Source: an uncultured Phycisphaerales bacterium (GTDB taxonomy: Bacteria > Planctomycetota > Phycisphaerae > Tepidisphaerales > Tepidisphaeraceae). Taken from it: a stretch of 64,000 nt of DNA. The stretch lies in the NCBI GenBank assembly GCA_963758525.1, contig CAVWVQ010000003.1:3776001-3840000 (forward strand), written 5' to 3'. Of this stretch, positions 18,566 through 27,093 are shown piece by piece. The notes under the pieces were generated by a model. It was not told where the DNA came from. It saw only the letters and a program-made list of their open reading frames with translations, and did not search any database. Both the position numbers and the translations under genes were made by a program. Every line of letters begins with the position of its first letter. Positions within the stretch are counted from its first letter, which is position 1.

Positions 18566-20107
18566 TCACTTCGCTTGGGCGGGCTTGAGGTTGGAGGGGA
18601 CGTTGGTCAGATGATCCCCGCTGATCTTCAGAGCGGCGCTCAGTTCGGATACCTTCGTTGCCGGCAACTGCACAGTCAAAGCGTCGGCGGTTTGCTTCCA
18701 TTCCACTTTGCCATCAAATCCGAGAACGGTCACAGCGGTGATGTGATTGACATCCTGCCCCTCCGGTTTAGCCAGCGAATGGACCACCATCTGCCCGTTT
18801 TCCGGCCAGCCCAGGGAGATGGCGTACAGAGTGTCTCCCTTGGTCGTGAACCGGATTTCGCGAGAGTCATACTTGAAGTCCTCGTGAAACTTCCCGCCCT
18901 TCACGTGGACCGTGCCTTCGCCGTACACCAGCCATGGCCGCGATCCGAAGATCGCTTCGCCGTAAATGGCGCTCCAGTCAGCCAGCTGACCCAGCATGGT
19001 TTCCACCTCCGGGTCCAGCGAGCCATCGGGACGCAATTGGACGTTCAGGAGGAGATTGCCGTTCTTGCTGACGTTGTCGACGAGCGTGTCGACGATCCAA
19101 CTCACCGGCCGCACTTTCCAGTGACGATTGTAAAACCAGTCTCCAATGGACGTATCGGTTTGCCATGGATACGGATCGATCTTCGGCATGATCCCGCGCT
19201 CCAGGTCCTCAACCCATCGGCCATCAGATGGCTCCTTGCAGTTGTAAACCGCTTCGCACCTGCCGTTGTGGAGCGCCGCGTTGGTGTTGTAGAAATGCGC
19301 GATCATGCTCAGGCCGACTTCGTTATTGAACGGGACCGGGCCGTCGGAATAGAGCAGGTCGGGATGGTAGTTGTCGACCAGTTCCTTGATCTCGTTGTAC
19401 CACTGGTGCTGCCATTTCGGATTGTTGCTGTACCAGCCCTTGTCGCCCGGTTCCGCGGGGAAGTGGTATAAGTCTTCATACTTCGGATCCGCTCCATCGT
19501 ACGGGATCCCCTTCTTGGGGCCCGATTTGTCCGAGCCATGGCTTCCCTGGAACCAGGTGAAGCTGGCTCCCAGATGCTCGGAAACGCCAAACTTCATTCC
19601 GTATTTTGTCGCTGCTTTCTGCCACTCGCCCACCACATCGCGATGCGGTCCCATGTTCACCGCGTTCCACGGGTTCAGCTTGGAATTCCACATGAAAAAA
19701 TTGTCGTGATGCGAGCCCATGCTCACGAAATATTTGGCTCCCGCTTTTTGATACAACGACATCAGGTGATCGGGATCCCACTTCTCGGCCTTCCAGAGCG
19801 GGATGATGTCCTTGTAGCCGAAGACCGACGGATGACCGTAGTGCTCGACGTGATACTTGTAGTCCGCGCTTCCCTGCTCATACATCTTGCGCGCGTACCA
19901 GTCCCCCTCCATTGGAACCGCCTGCGGGCCCCAATGAGCCCAGATGCCGAACTTGGCATCACGAAACCAGTCGGGACATTGATATTGCTTGAGCGACTCC
20001 CGATTCCCTTTGAACGGGCCGTCGGCGATGGGAAGATCGTCGGCCTTGAGGGATGCACTCATTAACGCCGCCAAGGTCAATATCGCGGGTAGCAGAAGTT
20101 TATCCAT
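18566..20107 (-). CDS. Alpha-L-fucosidase (GH29)
   Basis: Signal peptide MDKLLL; PDWFRDAKFGIWAHWG; HHDNF; VSKNGNLLLN. Confidence 0.9.
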   Translation of the reverse strand: MDKLLLPAILTLAALMSASLKADDLPIADGPFKGNRESLKQYQCPDWFRDAKFGIWAHWGPQAVPMEGDWYARKMYEQGSADYKYHVEHYGHPSVFGYKDIIPLWKAEKWDPDHLMSLYQKAGAKYFVSMGSHHDNFFMWNSKLNPWNAVNMGPHRDVVGEWQKAATKYGMKFGVSEHLGASFTWFQGSHGSDKSGPKKGIPYDGADPKYEDLYHFPAEPGDKGWYSNNPKWQHQWYNEIKELVDNYHPDLLYSDGPVPFNNEVGLSMIAHFYNTNAALHNGRCEAVYNCKEPSDGRWVEDLERGIMPKIDPYPWQTDTSIGDWFYNRHWKVRPVSWIVDTLVDNVSKNGNLLLNVQLRPDGSLDPEVETMLGQLADWSAIYGEAIFGSRPWLVYGEGTVHVKGGKFHEDFKYDSREIRFTTKGDTLYAISLGWPENGQMVVHSLAKPEGQDVNHITAVTVLGFDGKVEWKQTADALTVQLPATKVSELSAALKISGDHLTNVPSNLKPAQAK

Positions 20108-20249
20108 GATGCTCGGTTCCTGTCTTTGAACATAGAAAGGTCGATCGCACCGCCCCGGCCCCAAGAGGACGCCGGGCGGGAAATGACTCAGGGACTCAAC
20201 GTTCTTCCATTTTAACACCAGCCGAGGGTGAAAACGCAAACGTTCATGC

Positions 20250-21269
20250 CTAAAGGTCAGTCCTCACTCGCAGATAACTCGGAAACCGCGGGACGCCGCC
20301 TTCGGATAGTTCCTGGTAGCGAAAAGCAATCGTCGAGCCGATGGCAGGGGGGCTTTCCCGTTCCTTGTCGCTGAAGCCCGTTCCCACGGCGAACTCGGTG
20401 CCGTCCGGCAAGCGCACCAGCAGCGCGCCCAAACGTCCTTTATGCCTGCCCGCCCCGGCCTGATGCCCGGTCACGAGCGCATCGGCATCCTTGAAGCTCT
20501 TCACCTTCAGCAGCGTGGATGAACGACCGGCTTGATATGTCGAGGCGGGCTGACGCAGCATGAGACCTTCGCCTCCCAGGGATTCAACACGCGTCAATTC
20601 CTGCCGCAGGCTCGCGATGTCGCGGCACAACTGATGCGGATGCAACCCGGCAAACTTGCAGCTTCGGTCCGCAAACATCCGTTTCAGAAATTCCATGCGC
20701 GCTTCAAAGCCGCCAGCGACGGCGGGGGCGTCAAACACGAGATAGCGAACTTCCTTCCAGAGGTCGCTTTTGTCCTGCCGACGAACGATGCTGACGGTGC
20801 GCTGGAATTTTTTGCGATCGATCCAGAGTTCGCCATCAAGAGGGGTCTTCCCAAGGCCGGCCACGAACCAGTCCGGCGCGTGGTAGACGTTTCCCTGGCG
20901 GGAAAGAAACTGCTTGCCGTCCCAGTAGGCGCGCACTCCATCGAGCTTCTCGCTCATCCACCAGCCGGAAAGGTCGGCGGCGTTGTCCCAGCTTTCTGCC
21001 AGCAGAAGCGGGGGGCCGGCGCCCGCTTCACTGCCATCGGCGGAAGCTTTCACCGGTCGTTGCGGCAGCACGCCGCCAATGCGCGTGGTTTCGGCTGCAT
21101 CGCCACGAAGTTTGCGGAGGTGCTTGCAGGTTCTGCGTTCGATCGCAATCGATTGATTGCGCCACGCCGGACACGAGCATGAGAATACGCCGCCGGTGTT
21201 TTTGAGGACGTATGGCTTGGCGCCCGATCCTTGCATTTCGAATGTCTCGCCATCGTTGAGGTCGGCCAT
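20250..21269 (-). CDS. SWIM zinc finger fused to minimal ATP-dependent DNA ligase
   Basis: CSCPAW...TCKH; SEKLDGVRAYW, EGLMLR, LLKVK, VGTGFSD, PRFPSY. Confidence 0.92.
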   Translation of the reverse strand: MADLNDGETFEMQGSGAKPYVLKNTGGVFSCSCPAWRNQSIAIERRTCKHLRKLRGDAAETTRIGGVLPQRPVKASADGSEAGAGPPLLLAESWDNAADLSGWWMSEKLDGVRAYWDGKQFLSRQGNVYHAPDWFVAGLGKTPLDGELWIDRKKFQRTVSIVRRQDKSDLWKEVRYLVFDAPAVAGGFEARMEFLKRMFADRSCKFAGLHPHQLCRDIASLRQELTRVESLGGEGLMLRQPASTYQAGRSSTLLKVKSFKDADALVTGHQAGAGRHKGRLGALLVRLPDGTEFAVGTGFSDKERESPPAIGSTIAFRYQELSEGGVPRFPSYLRVRTDL

Positions 21270-21455
21270 GAAGTCACTCGTGTTTGAGAAATGCAGACTG
21301 CTTGATGGTCACACCCCGGCCTATCTTGCAACGTGAACTCTCGATTGTCATCTCGCGGATCATTCCTGTGGCGAATCGAATAAGAATGTTGAGCGAAAAG
21401 CTCCGGTGCGATACACTGGTCTGGGGGCGCCGCGGGCATTGTCCGGGGGACGCGC

Positions 21456-22655
21456 ATGAAGAAATGGGACAGGCAGACAATTCTTGCTGAACTTCTGCGG
21501 CGCCATCAGCGCGGCAAGGACCTCTCACAGACCGGCATTCGCGACGATCCGATTTTCTCCGCCTGCTTCCGTCATTTCGGGTCATATCGCAAGGCCGTCG
21601 AACTTGCCGGCATCGACTACGAAACGGTGTGGCGACGTCGCATCACCAAGTGGAACTGCGAGTCGATTAAACGAGAATTGAAGCAGCGAAAGCGGCGCGG
21701 CGAGGACCTCTGGTCGCGCGGTCTGCGGGTGACCGAGGCGCCGCTGCACTCCGCCGCGGTTCACTGGTTCGGATCCTATCGAGCCGCTGTCGAAGCGGCC
21801 GGGATCGACTATGGCAAGGTCTGCCACTGCGTCCCCAACACCTGGACCTGCGAAACGGTTGTCGCCGAAATCAAGCGTCTGCATCGAAAGGGCCGTCCCA
21901 TCCATCATGCCCGCCTCGAGCGGGCGGAGCCGCGGTTGGTGGTGGCGATGTACCGGTGCTTCGGCTCGTTCCGCAAAGCGATTGAGGCGGCGGGGATCGA
22001 CTACTCAAAAGTGATGGTTCGCCCGGCGCGCACCTGGTTTAAGCCGCGCGTCATTCGGGAAATGCGGCAGCTTCACCGGCAAAAAAAGGGGATGTGGAAT
22101 CGAGCGCTGCGGCGCAATTCGCCCTATCTTTTACGCGCTGCCAAGCAATTGTTCGGCAGTGTGCCGCGCGCTCTCAAGGCCGCGGGCGTGCCTCTTTCGG
22201 CAACGATTGCCCCAAAGCGCCAGCGGCGGCCCCTGCTCGAAAAATCCGCCATTCTCGCGCGAATTCGCGTGCTGGACGGCGCCGGCGCCGATCTGCGCGC
22301 CGTCGCCCTGATCCGCTCCGAGCGTCATCTCTATCAATCTCTTTTGCGCCGTTTCGGCAGCCACAAGTCGGCTCTCCTTGCCGCCGGAGCCCTCTACCCG
22401 CCGAAGCGTCCGCTTCGCCATTGGACCTGGCCGATCGTGCTCAAGGAACTCCGCGCGGCGCATCGGGAAGGCAAGGATCTACGTCATTCATCAATGCAGA
22501 AATCCCGCCGCCCGCTGTTCGACGCCGCGAAATATTACTTCGGCTCGTATGTCAACGCCGTCGCGGAAGCCGGCATTGATTACGACAAGATGGTCCAAAA
22601 GCAGTTGAAAGTTCGCCGCAAGACGGCATTGCCGCGGGCTGGAACCGCGCGATAG
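21456..22655 (+). CDS. Basic protein of six ~65-aa repeats (homing-endonuclease-associated repeat-like)
   Basis: Six copies of W..I..E...H..G.DL...FGS(Y/F)..A..AAGIDY; no catalytic domain visible. Confidence 0.8.
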   Translation: MKKWDRQTILAELLRRHQRGKDLSQTGIRDDPIFSACFRHFGSYRKAVELAGIDYETVWRRRITKWNCESIKRELKQRKRRGEDLWSRGLRVTEAPLHSAAVHWFGSYRAAVEAAGIDYGKVCHCVPNTWTCETVVAEIKRLHRKGRPIHHARLERAEPRLVVAMYRCFGSFRKAIEAAGIDYSKVMVRPARTWFKPRVIREMRQLHRQKKGMWNRALRRNSPYLLRAAKQLFGSVPRALKAAGVPLSATIAPKRQRRPLLEKSAILARIRVLDGAGADLRAVALIRSERHLYQSLLRRFGSHKSALLAAGALYPPKRPLRHWTWPIVLKELRAAHREGKDLRHSSMQKSRRPLFDAAKYYFGSYVNAVAEAGIDYDKMVQKQLKVRRKTALPRAGTAR

Positions 22656-22709
22656 GCCGAGCCTGCGAGTAAATGTACAGCAATATTCACTGCTTCCCCC
22701 CGGGCGCCA

Positions 22710-24644
22710 CTAAGAGAAGAGACCCCAGCCGCTGCGTTCGCTTTGACAATCAACTGCGGCGCCGCGCCGCGCCATCATCGCAGGGAAAACCGTCAGCAAG
22801 ACCAGCGCGGCCGATCCCGGCTCGGGAGCGGGGGTATATGTGAGCTGCAGATCCTGGCCGTTGCCCGTGCCGGCAATCAGGTCCAGCGTAAAGTAACGCG
22901 TCGGAATGACGCTGCCGTTGACCGTGAACTCGGAAGTGTCCAGCGCGAAGAGCCCGCTGAGCGACCCCGCCGACGCTCCGAAAAGCTCCGTGGAGTTGGG
23001 GTAGGTCGCCCCGTCGATGGTGACGCTCCCCGCCGACTCGGCGATGATCCAGCTCTGTTTTGGCTGGCCGCTGACATTCGCGGCGGTTCCGAGGTTCGAG
23101 CCGTTAAAGCTTTCGAGGGCGATGGTGAAGGGTGACGTGGTCAGACCCGTAAACGTCAGGGAACTCATCGTCACATCGTCCCAGCCGATTGACGTTCCGA
23201 TCGTGCCGTGGGCATTATTGATTTTCCACACATACTCCGCGCCACCGCTCCACGAATGCGTGCCCGTCGTGATCAGCTTGCCCGGCGTGGAACTGGTCGA
23301 GCCGGCGGTGATGATTCCGTTGGTCAGGACGACGGGGCCGGCGATTGTCCCATTGCCGCCGAGCGTGCCGCCATTCACCGTAACCGTTCCGGAGCCAGTG
23401 GCAGAACCGGCGCCGGACGAAAAGCCGTTGTTCGCGCGAAGCGTTCCGGAGGTGATGACAGTTCCTCCGCCATACGTGTTGGGGGAGTTGAAATTGACGA
23501 TTCCCTGCCCGGCCAGCACAACCGCGGCAGTGGTTCCGCCGATGCCGACGCTGCCCGAGGAATTACTCAGGGTGTAGGTGACGCTGCTGTTAATAAACGT
23601 GGCCACCGCGGGGCTGACTCCCGCGGCTTGAATCACCACGTTTCCCGTTGCAACGGCGTTTCCATTCGCGTCAGTGTCTCCGAAGAGCGCCTGGTCGCCG
23701 TCGGCATACATGGCGCTGCTGAAATTCGCATTGCCGCCCGTATGCCAGGTCGCGTCCTGCGTCATTGAGTTGCCGACGAAGCCGCTGAACGAAAGTGAAG
23801 TCACGTTGTTGTAGCCGAGCACGTCCATCGCTTCGTAATCAACCGCCGACACGACATTTTCGACGCTGGGAAAGTCGAAGGCGTTGAAAGAATCATTCGT
23901 TCCGGATGCCCAATCCTGGGGATCGCTGCCGTTGCCGTTGGGAAAATTGAAGTTCTTGAGATTGGTCTTTCCATTGTCGACTGAGAAGTAGACGTTGTTG
24001 TCATTGATACTGAGGCTGCGGACGCCCGGCGCCGTGAATCGGCTCAGATCGTAGGGCAGATACGATGAGGTGCCGCCGAGATTCACGCCCAATCCCGGAA
24101 TGCGGCCCATGATCTCCGTCAACTCGTGACTGGCCAAGCCGATGAAGTCAAACTCGCCGTTGACGGCGCGGTTGTTGGGATCGTACGTGTAGCTGTAGTT
24201 GCCGTTATAGGTAAAAGTTCCGTCGGTGCCGCTGCTATTGGCCGAGAGAAGTCCCAAGGCCTTTGCTTCGGAGTTGGCGACGACAAAGGCCGATCCGCTG
24301 GGGGTTGGGTCCGCTCCCATGGCCGCGAGCGATGAAATATCCGCGCCGGTGGTCGCATGCGTCGCCAACGCAGTTTTTACCTGGGCATACGTGTAATACC
24401 CTTGCAGGTAGGTGGTGCTCTGGCCAAGCGAAATGTTGGGGGACGCCGCGACAGTGATATTGAGCGTGATCGGATTGTTGTATTGTGTGGTGAACTGCTG
24501 CGCCGCATAACTGAACGCAGCCTGAACGTTGGCTAACTGAGCGGAGGGTATGCTGGAATCGTACGTCGGAACGATCGTCAGCCCGCTTGCAGGCAAGGTC
24601 AGAGCGAGGCCCACGCCGGCAGCCGCCGACGCTGCCATTCGCAT
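22710..24644 (-). CDS. PEP-CTERM surface protein with NF038122-like metalloprotease and autotransporter-associated beta-strand repeat (start uncertain)
   Basis: ASHELTEIMGR; NTYGGGTVITSGTL; C-terminal APEPGSAALVLL...ARR. Confidence 0.8.
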   Translation of the reverse strand: MRMAASAAAGVGLALTLPASGLTIVPTYDSSIPSAQLANVQAAFSYAAQQFTTQYNNPITLNITVAASPNISLGQSTTYLQGYYTYAQVKTALATHATTGADISSLAAMGADPTPSGSAFVVANSEAKALGLLSANSSGTDGTFTYNGNYSYTYDPNNRAVNGEFDFIGLASHELTEIMGRIPGLGVNLGGTSSYLPYDLSRFTAPGVRSLSINDNNVYFSVDNGKTNLKNFNFPNGNGSDPQDWASGTNDSFNAFDFPSVENVVSAVDYEAMDVLGYNNVTSLSFSGFVGNSMTQDATWHTGGNANFSSAMYADGDQALFGDTDANGNAVATGNVVIQAAGVSPAVATFINSSVTYTLSNSSGSVGIGGTTAAVVLAGQGIVNFNSPNTYGGGTVITSGTLRANNGFSSGAGSATGSGTVTVNGGTLGGNGTIAGPVVLTNGIITAGSTSSTPGKLITTGTHSWSGGAEYVWKINNAHGTIGTSIGWDDVTMSSLTFTGLTTSPFTIALESFNGSNLGTAANVSGQPKQSWIIAESAGSVTIDGATYPNSTELFGASAGSLSGLFALDTSEFTVNGSVIPTRYFTLDLIAGTGNGQDLQLTYTPAPEPGSAALVLLTVFPAMMARRGAAVDCQSERSGWGLFS

Positions 24645-24738
24645 CCGCCAGCGCCCATCGCGGCAACGCGCCGCCGGCAATGCGTCTTTCCGGCGCACCG
24701 CTAACACGATTGAATTGCCGCCGGCCGAGGCAGAAGTC

Positions 24739-25719
24739 ATGATCCGATCCGGGAAGATCAATCCCGCCATCACCTATTTTGCCAGAAAGCAACGTCATCT
24801 GCAAAAATCTTTTGCCGCGACGTGCGTCAATTTCCGGGGAACCGTCCGATGGCCGGCGATCGCGATTCGCACTACATCGATTTGTGTCTGCCTTGTGGCC
24901 GGACTTTTTTCCACCGGCTGCACTGGCTTCGACGTGCTGAACGCGCCGATTTCTGCTGCCGGCTATTGCCTTCATGCTGATCTCCCATACGGCCCCATCG
25001 CCCGGCAAAAGCTGGATGTCTACGTTCCAAGGCACGCCGTGCCCGACGCCCGTGTCGTGATTTTCTTCTACGGGGGCGAATGGCAGGCGGGCCAGAAGCG
25101 CGATTACCGCTTCGCCGGCGAGGCGCTGACGAGCAGAGGGTTCATCGCGGTGCTGCCGGACTATCGTCTGTATCCCCAGACGAGCTTCCCCGGTTTTGTG
25201 GAAGATGCGGCATCAGCCGTTCGCTGGGTTCATGACAACATTTCGCGATTTGGAGGCGATCCATCGCACATTTATTTGATGGGTCATTCGGCCGGCGCGC
25301 ACATTGTTGCGCTGCTGACGCTGGACCCTCGCTACCTGAGAGAAGTTGGCCTCAGCCGCCATCTGATCCGCGCGACCGCGGCGTTGTCCGGCCCGTACGA
25401 TTTCCAACCGTTTCGCGACGATTTCCCCGTTTTCAACATGAAGCCCGAGGACAGAGCGCCGCCGCCCGACATCGAGCCAATCAATTTCGTCGACGGTCAG
25501 GCTTCGCCGATGCTCCTGCTGCAAGGGGGCAAAGACACACTGGTGGATCCCCGGAATGCGACCGAACTGCAAGCGAAGATCTGCAAAGCCGGCGGATGCG
25601 CGAAAGTAATCGTCTACCCCGATCGCGCCCACGAAGGAATGGTCATCGCGCTGGCCGCCCCCTGGCGCTGGCTTGCCCCCGTCCTCAACGATGCAACCAA
25701 GTTTTTTCGGGAACACTAA
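24739..25719 (+). CDS. Alpha/beta hydrolase (esterase/lipase), start uncertain
   Basis: FFYGGEW, PDYRLYP, GHSAG nucleophile elbow, GGKDTLV, His in RAHEG. Confidence 0.88.
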   Translation: MIRSGKINPAITYFARKQRHLQKSFAATCVNFRGTVRWPAIAIRTTSICVCLVAGLFSTGCTGFDVLNAPISAAGYCLHADLPYGPIARQKLDVYVPRHAVPDARVVIFFYGGEWQAGQKRDYRFAGEALTSRGFIAVLPDYRLYPQTSFPGFVEDAASAVRWVHDNISRFGGDPSHIYLMGHSAGAHIVALLTLDPRYLREVGLSRHLIRATAALSGPYDFQPFRDDFPVFNMKPEDRAPPPDIEPINFVDGQASPMLLLQGGKDTLVDPRNATELQAKICKAGGCAKVIVYPDRAHEGMVIALAAPWRWLAPVLNDATKFFREH

Positions 25720-25728
25720 AGCGCCCCA

Positions 25729-25833
25729 GGTTAGCCGCGACGCGCAGCGGAGCGAGTATTCATGCCAGTTGCGCTGGGTGACACTGCGCTGTTTCTCGTC
25801 GAATACGCGCTCCGCTGCGCGTCGCGGCTAACC
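25729..25833. repeat. REP-like inverted pair between convergent genes
   Basis: ggttagccgcgacgcgcagcggagcgagtattc / gaatacgcgctccgctgcgcgtcgcggctaacc; a related single arm lies near 47490. Confidence 0.85.
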
Positions 25834-25876
25834 ACAATACCGTACGGTATTGCGGCTAACTTGCGACGAAAAAGAG

Positions 25877-26410
25877 CTAGGTTGCGTCCGCGAGCCGGGC
25901 GTCGATCGCCGCGACAAGGTCTTCGAATTCGAACGATCCGTCGTGGCGATGACCGTTGATGAAAAACGTCGGCGTGCCGTTCACCCCGCTGCGCACGCCG
26001 CCCATGAAGTCATCTTTGACTCGCCCGGTAAAGGCGCCCTGCGACAATGCCGCCGCCAGATCGTCCGCGGGGAGTCCAAGCTCTTCCGCGAGCTCGAGAA
26101 AGAGCGGCTCTCCCAGCGACTCCTGGTTCTCGAAGAGCGCGTCGTGCATTTCCCAGAAGCGGCTCTGAGTTGCCGCGAATTCCGCGGTCTCCGCGGCGCC
26201 TTCGGCATTGGGGTGGATTTGATTCAACGGGAAGTTGCGGAACACAAATGCGAGCCGTTTGCCGAAATGCTTCTGCACGCGCTTCACCATGGGGTGGGCA
26301 TGGGCGCAGTGCGGACATTCGTAGTCGCCGTATTCAACGAGCATCGCCGGCGCGCGTTCATCGCCGGCAATGTGGTCCTTTGCGGTAACGGCGGTTTTCA
26401 ACGTTGCCAT
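25877..26410 (-). CDS. DsbA-family thioredoxin protein
   Basis: EYGDYECPHC; FRNFPL; GVNGTPTFFING. Confidence 0.92.
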   Translation of the reverse strand: MATLKTAVTAKDHIAGDERAPAMLVEYGDYECPHCAHAHPMVKRVQKHFGKRLAFVFRNFPLNQIHPNAEGAAETAEFAATQSRFWEMHDALFENQESLGEPLFLELAEELGLPADDLAAALSQGAFTGRVKDDFMGGVRSGVNGTPTFFINGHRHDGSFEFEDLVAAIDARLADAT

Positions 26411-26418
26411 GGCTGCTC

Positions 26419-26889
26419 CTATTGCTTTGCAAGATCCTCCAGCGCCTGGAGAATGCCATCGGCGCCGGGGTTGACGCCCATCGGCGAAAGATAACTCCAG
26501 AAAATCTTCCCTTTCCCGTCGATCACAAACAGGGCGCGCTCGGCGACGCCGTCCTCCTGGCGATAGGCCCCGTACTGTTTGGAGACCTGGCCCTTGGGCT
26601 CAAAATCCGCCAGCAGGGGGAAATGAAGATGCCGATCCTTCGCGAACTGCGCGTGGCACCAGACGCCGTCGACGGAAATGCCAACGAGTTCCGCGTGATG
26701 CTTGGAAAATTCAGAGAGGAGTTCGTTGTAAAGCCCCATCTGATCGCCGCAGACCGGACTCCAGTCGGCAGGATAGAACGCCAGAATCACCGGCCGACCG
26801 CGCAGCTCAGCGAGCGAGAGCTTTTGATCGGGAGTGACGTGAAGGGTGAAATCGGGAGCAATTGCTCCAGGTTCTAACAAATGGGCCAT
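26419..26889 (-). CDS. Peroxiredoxin (AhpC/TSA family)
   Basis: APDFTL; FYPADWSPVC; GISVD; ERALFVID. Confidence 0.9.
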   Translation of the reverse strand: MAHLLEPGAIAPDFTLHVTPDQKLSLAELRGRPVILAFYPADWSPVCGDQMGLYNELLSEFSKHHAELVGISVDGVWCHAQFAKDRHLHFPLLADFEPKGQVSKQYGAYRQEDGVAERALFVIDGKGKIFWSYLSPMGVNPGADGILQALEDLAKQ

Positions 26890-27036
26890 CCCTCACCGTA
26901 CCCTTTCGGAGTTTGGCGCTGAGTTCCGTGCGGCCGCGAGATATCTCGCGGCAATCTTAGGCTCTCTGGGAACAGATGGCGCGTCGCTCGCGACGGGGCT
27001 GCCGCTCGCGGTCCGAAGCTACAAGTGACGCATTTA

Positions 27037-27093
27037 CGTAGCACAGCCGTCTCGGCTGCGGCCCGAAATCACAGTCGAGACGGCTGTGCTACG
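27037..27093. repeat. GTAG-type REP inverted pair
   Basis: cgtagcacagccgtctcggctg / cagtcgagacggctgtgctacg. Confidence 0.85.
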
